NCBI GenBank assembly: GCA_023061495.1
Contig: GCA_023061495.1_3643.1
Length of the DNA: 64,000 bases
From: Escherichia coli
Lineage (GTDB): Bacteria; Pseudomonadota; Gammaproteobacteria; Enterobacterales; Enterobacteriaceae
Reading direction: 5' to 3' (one strand)
The position numbers and the translations under genes are program-made. The notes beneath the pieces were generated by a model. The model was given only the letters and a program-made list of their open reading frames with translations, was not told the DNA's origin and made no database searches. Shown in pieces: positions 36,526 through 47,674 of this stretch. The stretch's first letter is position 1; each line of letters starts with the position of its first letter.

Positions 36526-39500
36526 TGCCAATTGCAATGATTGATAACATCGTTGCTTCTGCAAGATCTTCAAGTTATGACTGGAACGCATCCAAGGCAG
36601 CTCTGGCTGACAGCCTGAACACTGTTACCACCAGAACTCTGGATAAGATTTTCGAGGGCAACAAATCTTACAGAAGTCAGCAAGATAGACAAAAGCTTCT
36701 CAGATCTTCTGCTGCACCTTGCTCTGTAGTATATGGAAAGACACGCACATCTGGATTGCTTGCGTTTTTGGAGCAGGACAGAGACAGAACCCTTCATTGT
36801 GCTATTGTTCTTGCCAATCACCCTCTGGAAGGTATAGAAGATATACTTATCGACGGTAATCCTATTTCCTCGTATGGAGATTTGGTATCGTGGGAGCTGC
36901 ATAACGACAGAAAAACCTCTGATCCTTTCATGGGCACACACTGCCCATCGTGGTCACCGGACATGATAGGTAGAGGGATCAGTTGGCTACGAGTCAGCTT
37001 CAGGTTTGACCCTAACAAGTTTCCTTTTGGGTTGCCAAACGTCACACTCGTCAAGGTTGGTAAAAAATGCNNNNNNNNNNNNNNNNNNNNNNNNNNNNNN
37101 NNNNNNNNNNNNNNNNNNNNNNNNNNNNNNNNNNNNNNNNNNNNNNNNNNNNNNNNNNNNNNNNNNAAAAAAATGCTATGATCCTCGCACCAGTAAAGAG
37201 GTGTATACCAATAACGCTGCCTTGGTGATTCTGGACTATTTAAGAACATACCTTAAATGTCCTGACGAAACCATCAACTGGGAGTCCTTCAAGGAGGCTG
37301 CCAACATATGCGACGAGGCTGTAAGAAACGCAGACGGAACCAGCGAGCGTCGTTACACCATTAATGGTGAGTTTGACATGGATGAAGCACCAGCGAGTAT
37401 TATGGCAGAAATGCTGAAAGCTTGTGGTGCAGATCTTAGCTATGTAGCTGGTAAGTATGGTCTGCTGGTAGGTGCATACTATGGCCCGGCAACAATGACA
37501 CTGAGTGAGGACTGTGTTTGCGGTGAGGTTAAGATCTATCCGGAAGCCTCTTTCGACAAGAGATCGAACACAATAACTGGCAGATTCACTAGTCCAACCA
37601 AAGGGTATTCTGAAACAGATTTTCCATCAGTGTTTGTCCCAGAGTGGATAGAGAAGGATGGAGAAAGAAAGATAATTGATATAGATTATCGTTTTGTTAC
37701 CAGCCCTTATCAAGCTCAGCGTGTTTCTGCAATCTTCTTAAGACGTGCCCGAGCTGGCAGGATTATTGAAGTAACCTGCAATATGCGAGGTTTTAAATTT
37801 AAACCTGGGCGTTACGTTACGATGAATCTTCCAAGTATTGGTATAGTGGGCCAAGAAATGAGGGTTCTTGAATGGGAGTTCACCAAAAAGGGCGGTGTCA
37901 AGGTAAAACTCCGTCAAGATGCTAAAGAGTGGAATGATGCCACAGGGCAACTTCCGGATTCTGGAGATGTGGATATTCCGATATCCCCGTCCGGCGTAGC
38001 TCAACCGCAAAACTTCAGATACTCTGTTCTTCAAGCTGGGGAAGTAACTCATGGTGTTTTGGCTTGGGACAACGTTGGAACTTATGCTCAAAATATTGTG
38101 CAGGTAAGAAAGAACGGAGAGATTATTTGGACAGCACAGACAGTTGAGCAGTTTGTCCGCGTAGAAGGATTGACCAAAGGGTCATACACAGCAACCGTGG
38201 TTGCAACATCTTATAAAGGTGGTGTATCTCCAGAAGCTTACTGCGAGTTTAACATTCAAGCACCTGAAGCTCCTGTTTCTGTAGAAGTTAAGCAGGGATA
38301 CTTTGCTATCACCTTGATTCCGCACAGCAGGGACTTAGCAAGTGTAAGCACCCAGTATGATTTTTGGACATCTGGTATGACAAGGTTGCCGGACACAAGT
38401 GATGCAACCGTTACTTCAAAAGCCACCCGTATGGGTGTTGGTTCAACTTGGACATCTGAAGGTCTGCAGAACGATAAGATTTATTATTGGTATATTCGAA
38501 CCACAAACGCTTTTGGTAGTTCTCAGTTTGTAGAATGCGCTGCACGCTGCTACACCTCTATTGAAGATTTGATGCCTCAGATAGATGCTGAATTTAAAAA
38601 GACAGAAACTTATAAAGAGTTGATGAGCACTTTAGATTCCTCTATCGAGGAGGTTGAAAATCGTGTCACAGAACTTAACAGGTACATGGATGGTAGAGTT
38701 GACGAGGCTTTTGACCGCATGGAAGGTGAGTTCTCTAGAGTAGACAAGCTGTATGCTCAGTTGGGGGATAGGGTTGGAATATTCATCCAAGAAACCCACG
38801 ACAACTTCCAGGACGTTAATGGAACGCTTACCACTCTAGACCAGAAACTGGTAGCCACTCAGAACAAGTTTGCAGATGATCTTTCTAAAGAAAGTGGTAA
38901 GCTGACTTCTCTAATACAGACCACCAACAAAGCTACAACCGATCTGTTAAATCAGAAAACTGAAGCTTTGGACGAGAAGATTGTTTCAACAAGGGGTGAA
39001 TTGGAAGATGCTTTGGCACAGGAAAGCTCTGAGCTGAACTCTCTGATTGTTTCAACCAATAAAACGACTACAGATCTCCTTAATCGGAAAACCGAGGCTT
39101 TAGACAATAAGCTGACAGCAACGAAAGGTGAGTTGACCAACAATCTGCAAAATGAGAGTGCTAAACTATCATCCTTGATTGAGTCAACCAACAAATCCAC
39201 CACTGATCTTCTTAATAAGAAAACAGAGGCGTTGGATGAAAAACTGGTTGCTGCACAGGGCGAGTTGACTGAGCAGATCGGAGATGTTGAAAAAGGCTAT
39301 CTGGCTGGTGATAAGAGCCTAGAGGGCAAGTTGAATACTCAAAGATCTGAGTTGGATGCGAGCATTCTGAGCACTAACCAGGCCACTGTGGACTTGCTGA
39401 ACAGAACTTCTGAGACTCTTGACCAGAAGATTAGCCAGACCAACGCCACAGTGTCCAAAAACTACACCACGCTTGATGGTAAGATAAACACCGCCAAGTC

Positions 39501-40776
39501 TGATCTTAATACGTTGATTTCTACCACCAACAAGGCCACAACTGACCTATTGAATCAGAAAACGGCAGCTTTGACTGAGCAGTTAACCACTGCTAAAGGG
39601 CAGATTACAACCAACACCAATAACATTACCGGGTTGGATAATAAGCTGACTCAGACTAAGAAAGAATTGTCTGCGAATATTTCTGAAACTAATAAGTCTA
39701 CTGTTGACCTTATTAATGGCACAGCGTCAGCTATTCGTCAAGAACTTGCTGTTGCTAAGCAGGAGATTATTGATGATGTTGGAGATGTGACCGAACTCAG
39801 AGCTGCAGTGGCTACAACATCTAAGGCTGTGACCGACTTAGAGGGCAAAGTAAATGCTCAATGGGGCACAAAAATACAGGTAGACTCCGCAGGGAATAAG
39901 TATGTGGCAGGTATCCAGTTAGGCATGGAAGGCTCTGGAGGCCAAGTTCAGTCATATTTCATGGTTAGCGCAAACAACTTTGCGGTATACAACCCAGGCA
40001 ATGGAACAGCAACCCTTGCTTTCGCAATCAAGAACAACCAAGCGTTCTTGAAAGACGCTTTTATAGAGAACGGCACGATCTCTTCTGCCAAGATCGCGCA
40101 AGAAATTTCGTCAAACAACTACGATGGCAACGGGTACCACAAATACGGTTGGTATATTAACAAGAACGGGCACGCCCAGTTTATGGATGTGTGGGTGAAA
40201 GGTAACATCAACGCTAGTGCAGGTAACTTCACAGGGGCAGTTAACGCCACCAGTGGTACCTTCCGTGGAGATGTTTATGCCAACAATGGTAGCTTTAGAG
40301 GGACCATAGATGCAACAGGAGGTACATTCCGTGGACGTGTAGAAGCTTCCGTTATCCGTGCTAACCAGTTCGAAGGTGCGATTGTTGCACACAGGACTTA
40401 CGGAGATTGTGCTCCAGTATATAACTCGCAGCAAAGGGTTTGCCGTTGGAGGTGGAGATATGTGGACAACGTGCAAGGCCAAGGTAAAAACGTAACATTC
40501 TTCTTTAAACTGAACGGTACTCGTGCCAACTCTCAACTAAATGCGTGGATAGCTGGTCACCAACTACTTGCTGGCAAGAAGTACGGAAACGATAACGATG
40601 GCATGTGTGCAGTTGGGATAACAGGTCTAGGTGAACAAACTATAGACATTATTATCGAGATTTACACACCATGGTCAACAGGGAACGTGACAGGCATTAC
40701 AATATCTTGTCCTACAGTCGTTGTAAGTCGTTCTAACTCAAGTTTCCAAGGTCCTTGGAATGAGTCTCACGACTAA
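36525..40776 (+). CDS. central tail fibre / host specificity protein, lambda J-like (spans an N block; carries a coiled-coil repeat array)
   Basis: Several segments match lambda J as remembered: KYVAGIQLGMEG...NNFAVYNPGNG, QAPEAPVSVEVKQGYFAITLIPH, IYYWYIRTTNAFGSSQFVECAA, and an N-terminal PLEGIEDILIDGNPIS. Track ORFs 36525-37181 and 37006-40776 are joined across the N run 37071-37166; the exact junction is unknown. Confidence 0.65.
37071..37166. other. block of 96 N (masked or unresolved sequence)
   Basis: Read directly; lies in the N-terminal region of the J-like gene. Confidence 1.
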
Positions 40777-40782
40777 CAGTAA

Positions 40783-40812
40783 AGCCCCGCTTCGGCGGGG
40801 TTTATTTTTATG
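40783..40812 (+). terminator. rho-independent terminator
   Basis: ccccgc-ttcg-gcgggg stem followed by TTTATTTTTA, directly after the J-like gene. Confidence 0.8.
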
Positions 40813-40880
40813 CTCAGATTGACTATTGTTACAAAATTTGGTAAAATACCTTGTAGAGATTTTCATACCGGAGGAGTGAC

Positions 40881-42371
40881 GTGGCTAAGTATGGATTGAC
40901 AGAGGCTGGTTTCGTTATACCAACCCTAAATGACCTAATCGTTGAAACTAAGCAAAGCCTGATCCGTGCTTTTGGCGAAAACTTCAACGTACAGAGTAAC
41001 TCCGTTGCAGATAAGCTGACCACTATCTTCAACGAGCGAGAGTATCAACTTATTCTTATGGCAGCATCTGTATACGCATCGCAGACGCTGTATGGGGCAG
41101 AAGGTATTTACCTGGATGAGCTTCTTGGAAGACAGGGTATTTACCGAAGAGGCCGTTCTAAATCATCAGGTACCTGCCAGTTGACAATCAACACAACTGT
41201 GCCATACAATATGATTTATGATTCCAAAACTTATACGCTGGACAGTGGCAACTTTGTTCTTAGCAACGATGTGCAGGTGGCGGGAAATCTTATTGCTCAC
41301 AGAATAAACGCTCCAGACCTAAGAATTGGGAAATACAACTTTCAAATTACCAACCAGACAGACGGAAGTATCAAAACAAAAAGTCTGGTTTTAACAGATA
41401 AGGCTCTGGACTCTTCTGATTTGCCAAGCTTTTACGGTGAGATTAAGCAATTCATTGTCGATAATACAACCCTGCTGAATGATGATTTAATTCAGATAGA
41501 TATGTTGACAGGGACGTTGTGGATAGGGTACAATTCGAATCTTGATCAAGTTGGACTTAATAGCAGGGTAGATTTCAGAGTATCCCCGATTGTAGGGGAA
41601 AGAACTATCACCCTAGATGTTATCGCTAACGAGGCTGGTGAGCTGTCAAGAGAGGCAGAAACCGTGACAACAATGTCACCTACTCCCAGTGGATTTATCA
41701 AGCTTACCAACCGAGAAAGATTCAATGAGGGCAGGGATGTTGAGAAAGACTCTGAGTATCGCTTAAGAGCTTCCAGCACTAAACAGCTGACATCTAAAGC
41801 TACCCGTCCTGCAATTCTTAGCGCTGTAAGCGAGGTGAAAGGTGTTGAGAAAGTAAGAGTGTTCTCTAACAACACCGATAAAACGGATGCGAAAGGTATA
41901 CCACCTTATAAGTTTCAAGTGGTGGTGTTTGGTGGTGCAACAGAGGATATCTGTCAGGCGCTGTATCAAACCATAGCTTGCACAAACAGAACTTATGGGA
42001 ATATCTTCTACGATATTACCACATCAGACGGTCAGACTGAAAGGATTTATTACTCCAAGGCAAATACCTACCGCCTAGATGTAAGAATTACCTACTCAGG
42101 TGCTGCGCTTTCCACAACCGAAAAAGATGCCATTGTAGAGGCTCTTTTGCAGGTTGTTAACGGACTGGATGTTGCAGATACGTTGTACAATATCCAATTG
42201 GTTGGTGCTGCATCAGCTGCTGTGTCAATAGGCAGATTTAACAGACTTGTGATTCAAGTAAAACCTGTGGGAGCCTCTGATGAAGCTTACACTACAAACG
42301 ATATTGTTGCAAACATGACTGAGGTGTTTGACCTAGACGAAAGTAATATAACTTTCCAACAAACTATTTAA
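40881..42371 (+). CDS. baseplate wedge protein (Baseplate_J/gp6-like, tentative)
   Basis: 496 aa; N-terminus LTEAGFVIPTLNDLIVETKQSLIRAFGENF resembles the start of Baseplate_J-family proteins. Confidence 0.35.
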   Translation: MAKYGLTEAGFVIPTLNDLIVETKQSLIRAFGENFNVQSNSVADKLTTIFNEREYQLILMAASVYASQTLYGAEGIYLDELLGRQGIYRRGRSKSSGTCQLTINTTVPYNMIYDSKTYTLDSGNFVLSNDVQVAGNLIAHRINAPDLRIGKYNFQITNQTDGSIKTKSLVLTDKALDSSDLPSFYGEIKQFIVDNTTLLNDDLIQIDMLTGTLWIGYNSNLDQVGLNSRVDFRVSPIVGERTITLDVIANEAGELSREAETVTTMSPTPSGFIKLTNRERFNEGRDVEKDSEYRLRASSTKQLTSKATRPAILSAVSEVKGVEKVRVFSNNTDKTDAKGIPPYKFQVVVFGGATEDICQALYQTIACTNRTYGNIFYDITTSDGQTERIYYSKANTYRLDVRITYSGAALSTTEKDAIVEALLQVVNGLDVADTLYNIQLVGAASAAVSIGRFNRLVIQVKPVGASDEAYTTNDIVANMTEVFDLDESNITFQQTI

Positions 42372-42382
42372 GGCGGTGAGAT

Positions 42383-43069
42383 ATGGCAGAGATTAAGTCG
42401 GATGTCAACCACATCCACACTCTGCCAGATTTTGTTCAGGGAGGTCTTGATTACCTGCCTGGAGATTTTCTGGCTGAGAAGGTTAATTTAGTCACATTCT
42501 TAACCGTGTACCTTAAAAGGTTGGAGGATGTTGATAAAATGCTGGTAGGCTTGGCTGAAGGAAGATTGCTTAACAATGCCAGCGGGAGATACCTTGACGA
42601 AGTTGGTAATCAACTCGGTATTCTTCGGAATGGGCTTTCAGATGCGGATTTTCGTGCTACCCTGGTTATTCAGCAAGCAGCAGCATCAAGGGGTGGGACT
42701 CGCGAAGATGTCATCTCCACCTTGCGACAATTGTTCGGAAGAGACAATTTCGATACGTGGAAAGGTGACAATTTCAGGTTTGACATAAACATTAGAAAAA
42801 CTTGCTTTGACATATTGCAGTCTATCGACCAGATCTTAGATATGCTGCCATTGCCTTGTCATTTGCGTCTTACGGAGTCGCAAGGGCAAGCTTTTGGTTT
42901 TGAAGGGGACTCTACAACTCTCGGCTTCGGATCAGTGTGGGAAGAAAACCAGTTCGGGGTTGGTGGGCTGGCTACTTTGTTATATGTTCCTGACGTAAGA
43001 CCTGATTGGGATACCACAACCATTTATTGTGAAAGTATTACAGTAAACGCAACTAGACAGGAGGGTTAA
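42383..43069 (+). CDS. baseplate/tail protein (gpI-like position)
   Basis: 228-aa ORF between the J-family-like gene and a large fibre-type gene. Confidence 0.3.
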   Translation: MAEIKSDVNHIHTLPDFVQGGLDYLPGDFLAEKVNLVTFLTVYLKRLEDVDKMLVGLAEGRLLNNASGRYLDEVGNQLGILRNGLSDADFRATLVIQQAAASRGGTREDVISTLRQLFGRDNFDTWKGDNFRFDINIRKTCFDILQSIDQILDMLPLPCHLRLTESQGQAFGFEGDSTTLGFGSVWEENQFGVGGLATLLYVPDVRPDWDTTTIYCESITVNATRQEG

Positions 43070-45141
43070 TGGCAACAGCTGTTTTTAAACCTTACCGTGA
43101 TTACTCTACAATGGCTGCACGGTTTCATTACCGCACAGTTCAGGATACTGCAGTTCCGGGTAGGGATTATGATCATGTTGAGGGCGATGTAACTATCCCG
43201 GTTGGGGCAACCAGTATTGAGATCCCTGTAGAAATTGTTGACAAATTGCCAAACAGGTTGCCAAGAAGCTTCTTTATGGAGTTTTCATCAAACTCCCAAG
43301 GGGTTATGATTGGAACACAAAGAGCGAAATGTACAATAGTTTCAGATGAGAATCTTGACAGAATATCTTGGGATACCGTTGAGGAGAGAATGTTTCACCC
43401 AAGATACTGGGTTACAACCACACAGCAGACTGAAAGCACCTGTATTGTTGCGGATAATAACTGCTGTATTAACCGTTTAGTGTCAAGAACATATGGGGGC
43501 ATGGCTGGGTGCATTTGGGAAACAGTTGACAAGTATGACCATTTCGGCATTGGATTTGATGATCACTACGAGATGAGAAACACCAAGCTTTGGTTCAGAA
43601 TGTCAATAACCAATGCCAGCAACTTCTCCACCCCTGAAAAGATGATTATGACTGTAGACCTTGTTGATGGTACAATCATCTATGTTCCTTTAGCTCAATA
43701 TGCTGTCAGCATCTCAGAGGATAAGAATGTTGCAGAAATTCATATTGATTTCGAGGACTGCGTCGGGATGGACCAGAACAACAACATGATGGGTGTTGAT
43801 CCTCGGCAGGTGAGAAGGATTCTAATACCACTTATGCCTAAAGATTGGGTAGGTAATAGCACAGACCCGAGAACGGAAAATGTAGAGTGTGAGTTGCGTC
43901 TAGATCTTCTTCAGCCGGATACAGGCTGGAAAATGATGCAACTTAACAATATTCAGGTGAAAGAACACGATGTTGGGATCTGCACAGCATATGACGATAT
44001 GTGGAACGTATCCCCTTTAAGGGTGTTGAGCAATATCAAGCGTCTGGGCTATACAGGAACCATAAACCATTATGTTGGTATGAGCCATTATTATGACTAC
44101 ACATGGTCAGGAACCCAATGGTCTATAAACAAAACAGGAGCTCTAAACGCTGCAGCTTATAAATGGCATGATGATTTTATGTACAATGCCAAACGACATG
44201 ACTTCGACGTTATGCAGTCTGTAAGCTTTGAGCTTTATAGCGATGCCTGTCCGTTGGAATGGACCCAGAGAGACTGGAACGATAACTATGCTAAAACAGG
44301 CTATACGCCTTGTAGTTACCTCCTGTCTCCAACCATTGAAGAGGGCATGAATTTCCTTACTGCAGTATTTAAGAATTTTGCATCAGCCGCTATGAGAAAC
44401 AACCTGCCAGTGATTATGCAGATTGGTGAACCGTGGTGGTGGTTCAATACCGATACTCGTAAGCCTTGTATTTATGACTACCCTACAAAGCAGGCGTTTT
44501 ATGATGAGACTGGTGAATATGCACTAGACATTGGGACTATTGACGATCCTAAAACTGGCGGTGTTTATGACAAGTATGTAGCATTTTGTCGTGGTAAGCT
44601 TGGCGCTCGTATTGCAGCCATTTCAAAGGCAATAAAAGCACACGCTGCATCGGCTCAGATGACAGCTTTACTGTTTTTCCCCACTATTATGGAAACCGAG
44701 CTTACGCAAAAACTGAACCTTGCTGACCAATATAAAAAGGAAGCAGGTGCTCTTGATTTCTTCTGCACTGAGTGCTACGATTGGGTGATGCAGGGAGGTA
44801 TTGAAAAGGCAAAAGAGTCTGTAAACATACCTATCGTTAAGTTAGGTTGGAAACCGTCTGAAATACAATACCTTGCAGGGTTCGTTCCTAGCAAAGAGCT
44901 TGCTCCGGTATATGGCTACGACCCAACCAGGAATTACCAAGAATTTTTATGGAGATGTATTTGCGGAAACATGGCAACCATAGAGTATAGATACCCTGAG
45001 GTAAAACAGTATGTGTGGGCATACCCGCAAGTAATGTCTGACAGCATCACTGTTACCGCCAGAGATTCTACTGTTCTGCATATGGGGCAGGTTGCTCTGA
45101 AAGGGTATGTAGAAGATGTTGTTCCGCCAGACTTCTCATAA
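43069..45141 (+). CDS. large tail structural protein
   Basis: 690-aa ORF start-coupled to the upstream gene; Trp/Tyr-rich globular sequence. Confidence 0.4.
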   Translation: MATAVFKPYRDYSTMAARFHYRTVQDTAVPGRDYDHVEGDVTIPVGATSIEIPVEIVDKLPNRLPRSFFMEFSSNSQGVMIGTQRAKCTIVSDENLDRISWDTVEERMFHPRYWVTTTQQTESTCIVADNNCCINRLVSRTYGGMAGCIWETVDKYDHFGIGFDDHYEMRNTKLWFRMSITNASNFSTPEKMIMTVDLVDGTIIYVPLAQYAVSISEDKNVAEIHIDFEDCVGMDQNNNMMGVDPRQVRRILIPLMPKDWVGNSTDPRTENVECELRLDLLQPDTGWKMMQLNNIQVKEHDVGICTAYDDMWNVSPLRVLSNIKRLGYTGTINHYVGMSHYYDYTWSGTQWSINKTGALNAAAYKWHDDFMYNAKRHDFDVMQSVSFELYSDACPLEWTQRDWNDNYAKTGYTPCSYLLSPTIEEGMNFLTAVFKNFASAAMRNNLPVIMQIGEPWWWFNTDTRKPCIYDYPTKQAFYDETGEYALDIGTIDDPKTGGVYDKYVAFCRGKLGARIAAISKAIKAHAASAQMTALLFFPTIMETELTQKLNLADQYKKEAGALDFFCTECYDWVMQGGIEKAKESVNIPIVKLGWKPSEIQYLAGFVPSKELAPVYGYDPTRNYQEFLWRCICGNMATIEYRYPEVKQYVWAYPQVMSDSITVTARDSTVLHMGQVALKGYVEDVVPPDFS

Positions 45142-45153
45142 TCAGGAGATAAA

Positions 45154-46194
45154 ATGTCAAAACCTAGTTTTCCATTAGAGATTTGGGCAGAGGAGGATCA
45201 GGTTCTGCCTAACACCCACAGACAGAACAGGCTACGCCCGATTGATGATTTGTGGAGAAAAGGTTGGGATCTTGGTCAAAAGCCGTCATGTGAAGAACTT
45301 AACTATATTTTCAATATGCTCGGGACTTGGGCAAAATATATTGCTGACGAGCAGATCCCAGCCCAAGAGGGCCGTTATCTGGTACGTGATAATAACCTGA
45401 GCGATCTTCTGAACATTCCTGTCGCCCGTAGAAACCTTGGGGTTATTACTAAGGAAGAGGCAGACGCCAGGTATGTAAAAGTTACAGGCGATACAATGAC
45501 AGGCCCCTTAGGTTTGCAGCGTATCAACTTTAAAGCTGCCGAGACAGATAAGGCTTGGATAGAGACAACTATTGGTCCAGATAAGACAACTCTCGACTTT
45601 GGGTTAAGTGATAACACTGGGTCGTTTGATGATGGTGGCACATCTACAGTAGATGCGTTTCGTTGGAGATTCCAGCCAACTCAGCCAGACATTAATCCAG
45701 AGTTCACTTTGATGTACCTGAACGCGATCACGGCTAACCGTGCGCTGTTGAAAGTGGTAGGTAATGTTGAAGTTGTCGATAACATGCGGTGTAACAACCT
45801 TACCATTAGCAGCACAGCAACATTCACCAACTGTAATGTGGCTAGTCAGTTGACAGCTGGGTCCGTATATGTTAATGGCGGCGCAAGTTGTGACAGTATG
45901 GTTGTAAGAAGCCAGCATTGTGTTGTAGGTAACAGAAATGTGGTGCGCTCTGTGAATGGAGTGACGGCTAACGGTAACGGCGATGTAACGATCACCATCC
46001 CGCAGACAGGGGTACAGGATATCAGAATCGGTGCAAGACTTGTTGATGGTGTTTCTGAATCTCCAGTTCGCAACGGCTACGTTGTCACAGGTTGGCATTT
46101 TGGTGATAAAAAAGAGATGCGTGGTTCAACCTACTGGGCAGGACCTTTACAAAAACTTGTAAATGGTCAATGGATCACTGTTAATTATGCGTAG
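45154..46194 (+). CDS. tail fibre protein (paralogue of 47207-47665)
   Basis: 346 aa; N-terminus PSFPLEIWAEEDQVLPNT...KGWDLGQKPSCEELNYIFNML and C-terminus LQKLVNGQWITVNYA are shared with ORF 47207; followed by a tail-fibre-assembly-like gene. Confidence 0.5.
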   Translation: MSKPSFPLEIWAEEDQVLPNTHRQNRLRPIDDLWRKGWDLGQKPSCEELNYIFNMLGTWAKYIADEQIPAQEGRYLVRDNNLSDLLNIPVARRNLGVITKEEADARYVKVTGDTMTGPLGLQRINFKAAETDKAWIETTIGPDKTTLDFGLSDNTGSFDDGGTSTVDAFRWRFQPTQPDINPEFTLMYLNAITANRALLKVVGNVEVVDNMRCNNLTISSTATFTNCNVASQLTAGSVYVNGGASCDSMVVRSQHCVVGNRNVVRSVNGVTANGNGDVTITIPQTGVQDIRIGARLVDGVSESPVRNGYVVTGWHFGDKKEMRGSTYWAGPLQKLVNGQWITVNYA

Positions 46195-46208
46195 ATCGGA
46201 GGACTAGC

Positions 46209-46793
46209 ATGAAAATACTTCAAGAGTTTAAACTTTACCAGCCGGGATCTGGCGAATACTACACCAACAAGGAGACCAAGGAGCTGACTCCTCAGGAGGT
46301 TGAGGATTACACAGCATACACTGGATATTTTTTACGTAATGATGATGGCGATTGGTATGTGCAATCACGAACACTGCGACAAGAAAATCCAGGCTGTATC
46401 TTCTTACTTGTTGACGAGAAGGGTATTCTTAAGACATCTACAGAAGAACCTGATGCCTTGTGGCCTGCTCCAGGTCTTCGTGTGGTTATCGCCAAAAAAG
46501 AAGAGGTACCAGAAAACATTATGCTCCACCACGACGCTTTGCGTTTAGTTGGTGATGAATTTGTCACAGACAATGAATTCTTTGTTCAACAGGCAGAGGG
46601 TGTCATAGAGACAGAACTTGCTTGGGCTACTGCTAGAATTGGTGCCTATCAAGACATGATTGACCTTGAATACGATCTTACTGATGACCAAAAACGCAAC
46701 ATCAGGGATTTGAAAATGTACAGGGTAAAACTTCTTGAAATAGATACATCTAAAGCCCCTGACATTTTCTTCCCGGAACGACCTACCCTCTAA
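46209..46793 (+). CDS. tail fibre assembly protein (Tfa-like)
   Basis: 194 aa; C-terminal KMYRVKLLEIDTSKAPDIFFPERP matches the conserved C-terminal motif of Tfa/gpG/gpU-type fibre chaperones. Confidence 0.6.
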   Translation: MKILQEFKLYQPGSGEYYTNKETKELTPQEVEDYTAYTGYFLRNDDGDWYVQSRTLRQENPGCIFLLVDEKGILKTSTEEPDALWPAPGLRVVIAKKEEVPENIMLHHDALRLVGDEFVTDNEFFVQQAEGVIETELAWATARIGAYQDMIDLEYDLTDDQKRNIRDLKMYRVKLLEIDTSKAPDIFFPERPTL

Positions 46794-46804
46794 GAGGAGG
46801 TGTT

Positions 46805-47119
46805 GTGGAGTTGGATTTGGCGGCATTGTACGGTATCTGCATGGGTACCGTTGTCCCGATCTGTGTATGGGCTTTCAACCAGTGGCACACCAAATGGAAA
46901 GGCATTTCCAAGAGGTTGGATGAGCTGGAGAAAGACCTTATTTTAGTGAAAAATAGCATGGTTACAAAAGATAGACTTGATTCCATTATTGAAACCCGGT
47001 TAAGTAAGCTAGAGGCTGATATCAACGACCTTAAGCAAGATGTCAGGACAGATGTCTCCGGTATCAGAGCTGATGTGCAAAAGATTTTACACATGCTTGT
47101 AGAGCATAGTAAAAGGTAA
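46805..47119 (+). CDS. small single-pass membrane protein with coiled coil
   Basis: Hydrophobic N-terminal segment LAALYGICMGTVVPICVWAF followed by charged helical sequence; embedded among fibre genes. Confidence 0.3.
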   Translation: MELDLAALYGICMGTVVPICVWAFNQWHTKWKGISKRLDELEKDLILVKNSMVTKDRLDSIIETRLSKLEADINDLKQDVRTDVSGIRADVQKILHMLVEHSKR

Positions 47120-47127
47120 ACAAAGGC

Positions 47128-47160
47128 CAGAACGGCAAGGATGCCGTTCTTGCATTTTGT
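47128..47160 (+). terminator. terminator-like hairpin plus T-run
   Basis: aacggc-aaggat-gccgtt stem followed by CTTGCATTTTG. Confidence 0.5.
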
Positions 47161-47206
47161 TCTCTAAAGTGTTAAAATAGTCCTTAAGGAATTTTCTCAG
47201 GAGAAC

Positions 47207-47665
47207 GTGATGACTAAACCAGTTATCCCTCTTGATATTTGGGCCAATCAGGATGTTGTGCTTGAAAATACGGGAGAATTGAATAAGTCCCAACCAAAAA
47301 AAGAAGAGAGATTGAAAGGTTGGGATATGACACAAAGAGTGGCATGTGAGGTTGTTAACTTTGAACTTCACATGCTTTCTGCGTGNNNNNNNNNNNNNNN
47401 NNNNNNNNNNNNNNNNNNNNNNNNNNNNNNNNNNNNNNNNNNNNNNNNNNNNNNNNNNNNNNNNNNNNNNNNNNNNNNNNNGGGTGTTGAAGATGTAAGG
47501 ATAGCAAACCGCTTCAGAACCACCTACAGAGAATCAAGAGTATACCCTGGGCATGTAATGTGCTCCGGCAATTACGCCTATAAACACCCGTATCAAGGTG
47601 ACTATTGGACTGGTGCTATTCAAAAATTTGTAAACGGTCAATGGATTACCATATCTTATGCTTAA
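47207..47665 (+). CDS. tail fibre paralogue (middle masked by an N block)
   Basis: N-terminus KPVIPLDIWANQDVVLENT...KGWDMTQRVACEVVNFELHML and C-terminus IQKFVNGQWITISYA parallel ORF 45154; true length unknown because of the N run 47386-47481. Confidence 0.5.
   Translation: MMTKPVIPLDIWANQDVVLENTGELNKSQPKKEERLKGWDMTQRVACEVVNFELHMLSAXXXXXXXXXXXXXXXXXXXXXXXXXXXXXXXXXGVEDVRIANRFRTTYRESRVYPGHVMCSGNYAYKHPYQGDYWTGAIQKFVNGQWITISYA
47386..47481. other. block of 96 N (masked or unresolved sequence)
   Basis: Read directly; inside the fibre paralogue. Confidence 1.
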
Positions 47666-47674
47666 AGAGGGTAA

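Noticed and set aside
37006-37070. ATG 37006 as the start of the J-like gene
   Set aside because: It lies in another frame inside the preceding ORF and just before an N block; the J-like N-terminal similarity begins in ORF 36525, so the gene most likely starts at 36525 and crosses the gap.
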